Source: Alphaproteobacteria bacterium
GTDB lineage: Bacteria > Pseudomonadota > Alphaproteobacteria > Holosporales > JBOFFI01
NCBI GenBank assembly: GCA_051648545.1
Contig: JBOFFI010000010.1
Location: forward strand, 19,383 to 83,382
Length of the DNA: 64,000 nt
Direction: 5' to 3'
Below are positions 19,649 through 28,536 of this stretch, piece after piece (the stretch's first letter is position 1; each line of letters starts with the position of its first letter). Made by a program: the position numbers and the translations under genes. The notes below the pieces were generated by a model. That model saw only the letters and a program-made list of their open reading frames with translations, was not told the origin of the DNA and ran no database searches.

Positions 19649-20965
19649 ATGCTTGTGTCTAGACTTATTTTAATTTCGTTTTTTCTTTTTTCTTGGAATA
19701 TAAATCTTTCTTTCAGTATGTCTTTAAAGACAGCTGTTGAAAAAGCTATTGCTTATTTTCCGCAAATCCAAGCAGCAAAAGCATCTGTGGAATCTTCTCG
19801 TGCATTGATCGCCCAAGAATCTTCCGCTTTTTCTCCTCAAATTGGCGTGGAAGTTCCTTTTGGTCTTGAATACACTCGAGAAGACACAAAAGTTTCGTCC
19901 ATGACAACAACGCCAACCCACGCGGAATTGCAGGCTTTTAAGTCTTCTCCTTCCTTAAATCTTCGCCAGCTTATTTATGATGGAGGATATGCTTCAGCTC
20001 GCATTTCAAAAGCAGAGTTTTTGTCTGAAAAGGCGGGTGAGCAATATCAAAACACGATTCAAGAGATTGCGTTTAAAACGACTTCGGCTTATTTGCAAAT
20101 CCTTCGCTTAGAAAAGCTTAATAAAATAGCTGTTGAAAATCTTACAGCTCATCAAAAAATGTTAAAGAAAACCCAAAATCTTGTGGATGCTGGGGACCTT
20201 ACCATTGCAGATCTTCTGCAAATCCAAGCTCGCTTAGAAGACGCTCACCTTACCCTTACAAATGTGAAGGGAGAGCTTGTTAAAATGCGGGCTGAATTTA
20301 AGGAATATACCGGCGTTGAAGCTGCTAACCTAGAAAATCCTAAGATCAAATTGGTGACGTCAAATTTGAATCAAGCTATTCAAGGCGTGCTTCAAAATAA
20401 CTATACCTTGAACGCTTTGAAAAAAGATGGGGAAGCTGTCAAGGCTAATTTGAAAGGGGTTGAGTCTAAATTTTTTCCAACAATTAATGCCGAAATTTCT
20501 GGGAATAGGGCTCAAAACGCTGGCGGCACCAAAGGAACTCGCGTTCAAGGAAATGCCCTTTTGATGGTGCGTTATAACTTGTTTGATGGGGGAAGCCGAG
20601 CATTTGAGAAAAAAAGTGCGGTTGCAAATATTACAGAAGCTGAAAAGAAAATTTCTTCTCTCAAATTAGATTTGGAGAAAGAAACTCAAGCAACTTGGTC
20701 TGATATCCAAACGTTGGAGCGTCAAGAAAAAATCTTTAAACAGGCGATTGATTACAAAAAACAAGTTGCATCTTCTTATGTGAAACAATTTGAAATTGGA
20801 GCCCGAAGCCTCTTAGACATCCTAAATGCAATAAATGATTTTTTTCTTACATCTGCTCTGCATGTTAATGCGACTGTTAATTATCAAATAAATTGTGTCA
20901 AATTAAAAACCCTTGGCGCTCAGCTCCTCAAAGAACTCGATGTGAAGCCTTTTCCAAAAAAATAA
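19649..20965 (+). CDS. TolC-family outer membrane protein
   Basis: Signal peptide, LRQLIYDGG, YNLFDGG, QFEIGARSLLDIL. Confidence 0.9.
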   Translation: MLVSRLILISFFLFSWNINLSFSMSLKTAVEKAIAYFPQIQAAKASVESSRALIAQESSAFSPQIGVEVPFGLEYTREDTKVSSMTTTPTHAELQAFKSSPSLNLRQLIYDGGYASARISKAEFLSEKAGEQYQNTIQEIAFKTTSAYLQILRLEKLNKIAVENLTAHQKMLKKTQNLVDAGDLTIADLLQIQARLEDAHLTLTNVKGELVKMRAEFKEYTGVEAANLENPKIKLVTSNLNQAIQGVLQNNYTLNALKKDGEAVKANLKGVESKFFPTINAEISGNRAQNAGGTKGTRVQGNALLMVRYNLFDGGSRAFEKKSAVANITEAEKKISSLKLDLEKETQATWSDIQTLERQEKIFKQAIDYKKQVASSYVKQFEIGARSLLDILNAINDFFLTSALHVNATVNYQINCVKLKTLGAQLLKELDVKPFPKK

Positions 20966-21031
20966 AAAATTTGTTAGAAAACAAATTTGCTGTTTTCCAA
21001 ATAAGAATAAAATGCTAAACATATCTCTGGA

Positions 21032-21059
21032 GCGGCGCTGGGGGTGCCGCATCTTTTTT
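21032..21059 (+). terminator. Intrinsic terminator after tolC
   Basis: GCGGCGC-tgggg-GTGCCGC stem followed by atctttttt. Confidence 0.6.
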
Positions 21060-21234
21060 CTTAAGAGAAAAATAAAATTTTGTAATATTTAGTTTTACAG
21101 TCTCTTAGAAGAACGTTAATAAATAGATGGTTAAATTGTTGTGGTAAGGTTTTTTAACCTTAATTTTAGAGATGGAATTTGCGCATGATAAATTTCTTCT
21201 TTTTTTTAGATGTGTTCAGGTTTAACGAAAAAAG

Positions 21235-22335
21235 ATGATCGAGAAAATTAATATGGTTGGAAAAAAAGAAATTAAAATTTTAATTCTTTTTTTTGTCGCA
21301 CTGGGTTCTATTCTCGTTTACAAATGGTGGAGTTCAGAGCAAGTTGGCCCTTCTCAGCGGGAAAGCAAAAGTGTTTTAATCGAAGCAGAAAAAGCAAAAA
21401 TTGGCACTATAACGCGTCGCATCACCATGAACGGTTCTTTGGTTGCACATCAACTGGTTGTTTTAAAAGCTGAAGTTGAAGGCAAAATTAAAGAGATTTC
21501 TTTCAAGCAGGGGCAGGCTGTTAAGAAAAATGAGCTTCTTTTAAAAATTGACGAAGACGTTTATCGCCTTCAAGTGAAGGAAGCAGAGGCAAGAGTTAAG
21601 CTATCCAAGACTGAATATGATCGCTCTGAGTATCTCTTGAAAAAGGATTTTGGTACGTCAGCCGCAAGAGATAAAGCCCTTGCGGGTCTCAAAGTCAATG
21701 AAGCAGAATTAGAAGTTGCACAGTTGCGTTTATCTCAAACAGAGATTCGCGCACCTTTTGATGGAACGGTCGGGCTTAAGAACGTTAGCATAGGCAGTTT
21801 TATTGCGAAAAACGAAGAAATTCTTACGATTGTTGATTTGAATCCCATTTACGTAGATTTTCCGGTTCCAGAATCTTATGGAAAATTATTGGTTCTTGGG
21901 CAAGAAGTTGATGCAACAATTGAGGGGGTCAGTGATCTGCCCGTTTCTGGGGAAATCCTTGCAATTGATCCCAAAGCAGATTTTCTAACCCATAGCGTCC
22001 AAGTTCGTGCAGAGCTTGATAATGGAAATCATGCACTGAAACCGGGACAATTTGCCAGAGTTAATCTGGAATTAAATAAAGAGCGGGGGGTTTTGATTCC
22101 TCAAATTGCAGTTGAGCGAGAAGGGAATCAAGAATTTGTCTTTATCGTGCAAGATGGAATCGCTATTAGAACAGAAGTGACAATAGGGCAAAAAGAAAAT
22201 GGCATGGTATGCATTCTAGACGGCGTAAAGGAATCTGATTGGGTTGTAACCGTTGGACAGATTAAAATCCAAGACGGAATGCCTGTCCGTATAAAAAATG
22301 CACCTTCTGAAAAACCCAAAGGTTTAAAAAAATGA
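21235..22335 (+). CDS. RND efflux periplasmic adaptor subunit
   Basis: N-terminal TM, IRAPFDG lipoyl-like motif, LKPGQF; directly upstream of the RND permease. Confidence 0.92.
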   Translation: MIEKINMVGKKEIKILILFFVALGSILVYKWWSSEQVGPSQRESKSVLIEAEKAKIGTITRRITMNGSLVAHQLVVLKAEVEGKIKEISFKQGQAVKKNELLLKIDEDVYRLQVKEAEARVKLSKTEYDRSEYLLKKDFGTSAARDKALAGLKVNEAELEVAQLRLSQTEIRAPFDGTVGLKNVSIGSFIAKNEEILTIVDLNPIYVDFPVPESYGKLLVLGQEVDATIEGVSDLPVSGEILAIDPKADFLTHSVQVRAELDNGNHALKPGQFARVNLELNKERGVLIPQIAVEREGNQEFVFIVQDGIAIRTEVTIGQKENGMVCILDGVKESDWVVTVGQIKIQDGMPVRIKNAPSEKPKGLKK

Positions 22336-22360
22336 AAAAGTTTTTCAAGGATGTGACCGT

Positions 22361-25300
22361 ATGAGCTTTGCAGAGCTTTTTATCCGCCGGCCTGTTTTAT
22401 CTTGGGTTTTAAATATTACCCTTATTTTGGTGGGAATTGTCTCTTGGCGTCAATTGTCTGTTCGCCAATATCCTCAAATTGAACAACCTGTGATTACGGT
22501 GATTACCCAGTTTGAAGGCGCAGGGCCGGAGATTATAGAAGCTCAGATTTCTCGTCCCCTTGAACAAGCCCTTTCTGGTCTTGAGAGCCTTGATTTCATG
22601 ATCTCTCAGAGTGAATCTGAACAGAGCAAGGTGAAACTGTTTTTCAAAAGTACGCGTTCGTTGGATGCAGCTGCCTCGGATGTGCGGGACCGTCTCGCTC
22701 GGGTAAGCAACCTTCCTGAAGATGCGACAGATCCCAGAATTCGTAAAGCAGACGCGGATGCAGAACCTATTGTGTATTTGGCGTTATATGGAGATAAATT
22801 TCCTGTTGCAGAGCTCAATGATTATGCAGCACGTTATTTAGAAAGCGAGATTGAATCTATCCAAGGTGTTGCATCCGTTGACCTGAGTGGGGCGGGTGAA
22901 TACGAGATGCATATTGTGCTTGATCCTATTCGCTTGGCTGCTTATAAAGTGACCGCAAGGGATGTCGCGGATGCCTTGCGTCAGCAAAACTTTAAAAAAC
23001 CAGCAGGAAGGCTTGCGGGGGAAGATCGCGAGTTTTTGGTGACTACGGCGGCGAGCCTCTATAAGCCAGGAGATTTTAATAAGTTAGTTTTGACGGAAAA
23101 AGATGGTTATGTCGTTCGTTTGTCAGACGTTGGGCATGCTGTTGTAAAAGCGGATGATAAGCGGTTTAAAGTGCGTTATAACGGAAAAACAGCCGTTATG
23201 TTAGGGATTGTGGCCCAGTCTAAAGCAAATCCTATTGAAATTTCAAAAGAAATTAAAAATAAGCTAGAGCAAATTCGAACTAACTTGCCCTCAGGAATGT
23301 TTATTGATATTGCAAATGATCGTTCCATTTTTATCGAGCGCTCCATTCAGCAAGTCTATCAATCAATTTGGGAAGCCATTATCCTTGTTGTTTTGGTGGT
23401 GTTCGTTTTTTTACGTTCATTCAGGGCCTCTTTGATCCCCTTGATGACGATTCCTATTTCGTTGATCGGTGCGTTTTTTATTTTAAACTCCCTTGGTTTT
23501 ACGATTAACACGCTAACCTTACTTGCGATGGTGCTGGCCATTGGGCTTGTGGTGGATGATGCGATCGTGGTTTTGGAAAATATTTACCGTTATATCGAAG
23601 CAGGGATGAAACCGCTTCAAGCAGCCATCAAGGGTACGAAGGAGATCCAATTTTCCATCATTGCGATGACCTTGACCCTCGCGGCAGTTTATACGCCCAT
23701 TGCTCTTTCTTCGGGGGTGACGGGTAAACTTTTTACAGAATTTGCGCTTTCTCTCGCGGGAGCGGTTCTTATCTCTGGGTTTGTTGCCTTAACCCTTTCT
23801 CCCATGATGTGTTCTAGACTTTTAAAGCTTCACCATGTTCATTCCCCTGAGGAAACAAAAAATTTTTTCATGAAAATTTTTTATGCGGTGGATAATTGGT
23901 TAGGAGGTTTTTTTGATAAGCTAGACAGGCTCTATGAGAAAAGCTTGAGGCTTATTTTGCGAAACCGTTTTTGGGTATTGGGAGCAGGGTCTGGCGTTGC
24001 ACTCTTAGGGATATTTTTTGCAACCAACGTCCTTCAGTCTGAGCTCGCACCTCGGGAAGATCAAGGTGTTCTTAAAATTTTGGCCCAAAGTCCTTTTGGT
24101 GCAACCATCACCTATTTGGACCGCTATATTTCTCAAATTGAAACAGCATTGACGGACGTACCTGAGATTGAAAAAGGTTTGACAGTGATCCAAGCTGGTG
24201 ATGAATCTTATTCTATGAATTTGTTAGTCCCTTGGGAAAAGCGCTCTAAAAGCTGTGATGATTTGTTGCCTCCCATCCGTGAAAAGCTGGAAGACATCAC
24301 GGGCTTAAGGGTTTTTGCACGTTGTCCTAGCCGCTCTTTGATGGGTGGAGCGTCTGAACGTCCTCTAGAAATCGTGGTTCAAACGAATCGTTCATTTAAA
24401 GAACTCGTGGATGTTGCAAGCGCCATTCGCCGCGTGATCGCAAAGCATCCAGGTGTCCGAAAAACAGATCTGGACTGGAACCTTGCAGAAGAGGGGCAAG
24501 ATTATGTTGTACACGTAGACCGCAATCGGGCAGCTTCTTTAGGCGTTGATCCAAACTCTGTCGCGATGACCCTTGATATTTTGATCAGTGGCCGCCGCTC
24601 TACTAATTTTGAAAAAGAGAGCAAACAATATCCTGTTCGGGTGTGGGTGGGTGAAATGTATCGCAAAAACCCAGAAGATATTTTAGCCATGTACGTGAGG
24701 GGCTCTAAAAATAATAAAGAGACGATGGTTCCCATGGCAGATATCGTAAAAGTAGAGCCGCGCTTATCAAACCCTGAAATTGAACATTTTAAAGGTCAGC
24801 GGTCGGTCACAATTATTGGTGGATTAAATAAAGGATATGGTCTTGCCCAGGTCTATTCTGAATTAAAAGATGAGATTCATCAGACTATGCCTGCGAAAGG
24901 CTATAGCATTAGTGAATCCGGGGAACTTCGCCGCTATTTGCAAGAAAGTGAAACTATTTTTCTCATTTTTGGGTTGGCAATTGTGTTCATTTTTCTTGTG
25001 ATGGCAGCTCAATTTGAAAGTTTCCGAGATCCGTTTATTATCATGCTCAGTGTCCCACTTGCTCTGGCGGGTGCTATCTTTACCCTCGTGCTTATCCCTT
25101 CAGGGACCATCAACATTTACAGCCAAATTGGTTTTGTGACCTTGATCGGTTTGATTACAAAACACGGCATTTTGATTGTAGACTTTGCTAATACTTTAAA
25201 ACAAAAAGGTGATGCCATTGAGGAAGCTATTGTGAAAGCTTGTCAGTTGCGTCTGCGTCCTATTTTAATGACGACTTTTGCTATGGTGTTGGGAGCAATT

Positions 25301-25465
25301 CCTTTGGCCTTGGCGACAGGAGCGGGCTCAGAAGCGCGCCGTCAAATAGGATGGGTGATTGTGGGAGGTATGTCCCTTGGAACACTCTTCACCCTTCTTG
25401 TTATTCCTGTGGTTTATACTTTTGTTTCAAAATCGTTAAAAGAACAAGAAGGGTTTGTTGAGTGA
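22361..25465 (+). CDS. RND efflux transporter permease (AcrB/MdtB family)
   Basis: FIRRPV, GLVVDDAIVVLENI, RLRPILMT; 1034 aa. Confidence 0.96.
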   Translation: MSFAELFIRRPVLSWVLNITLILVGIVSWRQLSVRQYPQIEQPVITVITQFEGAGPEIIEAQISRPLEQALSGLESLDFMISQSESEQSKVKLFFKSTRSLDAAASDVRDRLARVSNLPEDATDPRIRKADADAEPIVYLALYGDKFPVAELNDYAARYLESEIESIQGVASVDLSGAGEYEMHIVLDPIRLAAYKVTARDVADALRQQNFKKPAGRLAGEDREFLVTTAASLYKPGDFNKLVLTEKDGYVVRLSDVGHAVVKADDKRFKVRYNGKTAVMLGIVAQSKANPIEISKEIKNKLEQIRTNLPSGMFIDIANDRSIFIERSIQQVYQSIWEAIILVVLVVFVFLRSFRASLIPLMTIPISLIGAFFILNSLGFTINTLTLLAMVLAIGLVVDDAIVVLENIYRYIEAGMKPLQAAIKGTKEIQFSIIAMTLTLAAVYTPIALSSGVTGKLFTEFALSLAGAVLISGFVALTLSPMMCSRLLKLHHVHSPEETKNFFMKIFYAVDNWLGGFFDKLDRLYEKSLRLILRNRFWVLGAGSGVALLGIFFATNVLQSELAPREDQGVLKILAQSPFGATITYLDRYISQIETALTDVPEIEKGLTVIQAGDESYSMNLLVPWEKRSKSCDDLLPPIREKLEDITGLRVFARCPSRSLMGGASERPLEIVVQTNRSFKELVDVASAIRRVIAKHPGVRKTDLDWNLAEEGQDYVVHVDRNRAASLGVDPNSVAMTLDILISGRRSTNFEKESKQYPVRVWVGEMYRKNPEDILAMYVRGSKNNKETMVPMADIVKVEPRLSNPEIEHFKGQRSVTIIGGLNKGYGLAQVYSELKDEIHQTMPAKGYSISESGELRRYLQESETIFLIFGLAIVFIFLVMAAQFESFRDPFIIMLSVPLALAGAIFTLVLIPSGTINIYSQIGFVTLIGLITKHGILIVDFANTLKQKGDAIEEAIVKACQLRLRPILMTTFAMVLGAIPLALATGAGSEARRQIGWVIVGGMSLGTLFTLLVIPVVYTFVSKSLKEQEGFVE

Positions 25466-25530
25466 CCTCAAAGCTAGGCCAGATTAAACCTGGAGCTTCT
25501 TGCACCTTTACTTGATTCTATTTTTAAAGC

Positions 25531-25606
25531 GGGGCTGTAGCTCAGATGGGAGAGCGCGTCGTTCGCATCGACGAGGTCAGGGGTTCGATTCTCCTCAGCT
25601 CCACCA
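25531..25606 (+). tRNA. tRNA-Ala(CGC)
   Basis: GGGGCTGTAGCTCAG...CGTCG-TTCGCAT-CGACG...GGTTCGATTC...CTCCACCA. Confidence 0.96.
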
Positions 25607-25627
25607 TAAACATGAGGTATCTTCGCG

Positions 25628-26314
25628 TTGTTGAAAGCTCTTCTTCGCTGGATTTCGGGATTTTTCAAAAAATTCTCCAAAACAAAGAGGGGGCAGGCTT
25701 TCATTGCGTTTTTGGCTGCTTTTTATGTTCGCCTGGTTTATGCCACAACCCGGTGGTCTGTGGAGGGTGAGCAATACCCCCAAGCTTATTGGAGCACCAA
25801 CAAGCCTGTCATTATTTGTTTTTGGCACGGCAGGTTGCTTATGGCCTGCAAAGCATGGAAAGGGTCTCATCCTTTCTATATGCTCATTTCTGGGCATTCA
25901 GACGGAGAAATTATTGCACAAACAGTTCAACATTTTGGGATCAAGCGTTTAAAAGGGTCATCTTCGAAGACGCCTAAAGAAGCTTTTAAAAAATTGATCC
26001 AAACCCTCAGGTCTGGTTATACGGTTGGCATTACCCCAGATGGTCCGCGGGGACCTTGTTATTCTATCAGTCCAGGGATAGGAAGGCTTGCCCACCTTAC
26101 AGGCTGTGATGTTATTCCGCTGACGTTTTCAACCAGCCGCCGGAGAATTTTAGGATCTTGGGACCGGTTTTTATTGGCTCTTCCTTTTGGGCGGGGCGTT
26201 TTTATTTGGGGAAAACCACTTTCTCCCAAAGAGATCACGGACGAAGCTGTATTTTTGAAGGCAGTCCAAACAAGTCTTTTGGAGATTACAGAACAAGCAG
26301 ACCAGTTTTTTTGA
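25628..26314 (+). CDS. DUF374 / LpxJ-like lysophospholipid acyltransferase
   Basis: CFWHGRL, ITPDGPRGP, SWDRFLLALPF. Confidence 0.85.
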   Translation: MLKALLRWISGFFKKFSKTKRGQAFIAFLAAFYVRLVYATTRWSVEGEQYPQAYWSTNKPVIICFWHGRLLMACKAWKGSHPFYMLISGHSDGEIIAQTVQHFGIKRLKGSSSKTPKEAFKKLIQTLRSGYTVGITPDGPRGPCYSISPGIGRLAHLTGCDVIPLTFSTSRRRILGSWDRFLLALPFGRGVFIWGKPLSPKEITDEAVFLKAVQTSLLEITEQADQFF

Positions 26315-26365
26315 GTAAAGATGCTCGCTCTTCACGAGCACCTTTATTTAAAATGAGGGGGTTTT

Positions 26366-26971
26366 TTATAAAAAAGAAGGTTTGAGGGTTTCTAAGAATG
26401 CCCGATAAGCTTGAAGATTTGTTTTTTTAGGAAGCAGAGAGGGCATATTGAAATGATCTTCTTTCCATAAACAAGATGTCATAGCTCCCATTTGAAACAC
26501 AAACCAAAGGTCTTGAACTTCTTCTTGGGTCAAGGAAGGGTCTGGAAAAACGTAAACTGGTATATTGCCCTTTGCGACTGCATAGCCAATCTCTGCAATG
26601 GTTCCATAAGCTTTTCCGGAAACAACAGCAACCATCACAGAAGATGTTTCAATTTTTTTGGTGATCATTCTTAAAATATCAAGAGCTTGAGTCTCTTTAG
26701 GAAGTTTGCCTTTTTCATATTTTCCTTCCTCAGAAAGAAAACTAAACACCCACGGCCCGTTATAAAAATAATCCCCTCTATCCAAAAGTGCTTTCGCATA
26801 AATTTCTTGAATTTTTTCAAGAGTCATGGTGGATTCTAACGGAAGGAGAAGTTCTGCAGGTGGGTTAACGGGGATCCGATTTGCGAAATAGATAAATTCT
26901 TTTCCATAACTTTTTGTACCAAAAATTAAAAAACATAACAAAATACCACAAGTTCTTCTTAAATAAAACAT
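26366..26971 (-). CDS. Exported nucleoside 2-deoxyribosyltransferase (NDT)-fold protein
   Basis: Signal-like N-terminus, IYFA first strand, AYGTIAEIGYAVAKGNIPVYVF NDT signature with the catalytic-type Glu. Confidence 0.65.
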   Translation of the reverse strand: MFYLRRTCGILLCFLIFGTKSYGKEFIYFANRIPVNPPAELLLPLESTMTLEKIQEIYAKALLDRGDYFYNGPWVFSFLSEEGKYEKGKLPKETQALDILRMITKKIETSSVMVAVVSGKAYGTIAEIGYAVAKGNIPVYVFPDPSLTQEEVQDLWFVFQMGAMTSCLWKEDHFNMPSLLPKKTNLQAYRAFLETLKPSFL

Positions 26972-27066
26972 AATCAAACTGTCCTGTAATAATTAACAAC
27001 GATAAATAGACACGGGAAGGTAGATTATAAAAAAATAAAATTCAATAAATTTTTTATTAAAATAAA

Positions 27067-28269
27067 CTAAAAAAGCCAGTTTGGACGCAATGTATCTAAA
27101 GTATCTGTTTTTAAGTGCTGACGAAGTGCTTCTAAAAAACAGTTCATGAAGGTTACGTTGTGTAGCGTAATGGCTGAAAGCGCCAAAAGTTCTTTCGCTT
27201 TTAATAAATGGTGAAGATAAGCCCTGGAATAGGTTTTGCAGGTTTCGCAAGGACATGTGGCATCAATAGGGGCGTCATCCTCTCTAAAACAGGCTCGCTT
27301 TAAATTGATGTGCTCCCGTGGGTGAAACGGTTCATGAGCGGTGTTCCAGTAGTGGGGACGAATCAAGGCGCCGCCATGGCGTGCTAAACGGGTAGGGTGA
27401 ACACAGTCAAAGGTATCAATACCTTTTTTAACGCCTTCAAAAATATCTCGAAGGCCTCCAATGCCTAACAAGTGGATTGGCCTTTCAGGAGACAGATTTT
27501 CCATCGTCATACCAACAACTTCATCCATTTGAGATTTATGGGCTCCTAAGGACCCCCCGATGGCATGTCCAAAGAAAGGATGGGAGCTTACAAATTGAGC
27601 GCTGAGGGCACGTAAATCAGGATATACGCCTCCTTGAACAATCCCATAAAGCGCTTGTTTTTCAGTTTCAAGGTGTTGGAAGGCTGATAAACTTCGCAAG
27701 GCCCAGCGGTGGCTTAAATGCATAGAAGATTCTGTATACTGCTTTTCCACATGAAAGGGCGTGCATTCATCTAAAACAACAATCAGATCCGCGCCTAGTT
27801 CATGTTGCACCTGAATAGATAATTCAGGGGTAAGGGTATGCATGGATCCGTCTAAATAAGATTTAAAGGTAGCACCTTCTTCGGTAATACGCTGAATGTT
27901 TGGAGAGCGATGAAAATTTCGATTGCCCTTGATTTCACAGGCAACTGAGCCATGCCCTAAGCTAAAAATCTGAAACCCACCAGAGTCTGTCAGCATGGGG
28001 CCATCCCATCCCATAAACTGGTGAAGTCCGCCCTGACGTGCGATGAGACGTGATCCAGGTTGAAGCATGAGATGATACGTGTTGGAAAGGATGATTTGGC
28101 ACTTCGTTTGTTTGATTTGGGAAGTGCTTAATCCTTTGAGCGAAGCTTTGGTCGCACAAAAGATAAAAGCGGGTGTTTCAATCCTGCCATGGGGGGTTTG
28201 TAATTGGCCAAAACGGCCTTTATGAGAGGATGATGCGTGCTGAAATTTAAATGAAAAATTTGGAGACAA
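27067..28269 (-). CDS. tgt: tRNA-guanine transglycosylase (probably queuine-inserting type)
   Basis: NTYHL, TDSGGFQ, LDEC, GIVQGG, GGSLG, CxCxxC...H zinc site. Confidence 0.96.
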   Translation of the reverse strand: MSPNFSFKFQHASSSHKGRFGQLQTPHGRIETPAFIFCATKASLKGLSTSQIKQTKCQIILSNTYHLMLQPGSRLIARQGGLHQFMGWDGPMLTDSGGFQIFSLGHGSVACEIKGNRNFHRSPNIQRITEEGATFKSYLDGSMHTLTPELSIQVQHELGADLIVVLDECTPFHVEKQYTESSMHLSHRWALRSLSAFQHLETEKQALYGIVQGGVYPDLRALSAQFVSSHPFFGHAIGGSLGAHKSQMDEVVGMTMENLSPERPIHLLGIGGLRDIFEGVKKGIDTFDCVHPTRLARHGGALIRPHYWNTAHEPFHPREHINLKRACFREDDAPIDATCPCETCKTYSRAYLHHLLKAKELLALSAITLHNVTFMNCFLEALRQHLKTDTLDTLRPNWLF

Positions 28270-28536
28270 CGGGTGTACTCTTTTCTCTAAAAAGCAAAAA
28301 AATGAATTGATTTTTCAATATTAAAATATACCTTCAAAAAAGCAACCGTATTTCTTTATAAAACTCCATTTAAAAAATTGCTTAAAAAACAAAAAAACAG
28401 ATAGATAATTTGTTTTTTGTAAAAATATTTTTTAAATAAAAATTATTTTATTTTAATTGACAAAACAAAAAAATCAAAAAAAAATAGAGTAATTAAAAAT
28501 TTAATTATTATTTTTACAAAAAAAGGAGGTTCACTT

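Noticed and set aside
26366-26971. NDT protein as an anti-phage defence effector
   Set aside because: No partner defence genes nearby, and it carries a signal-like N-terminus
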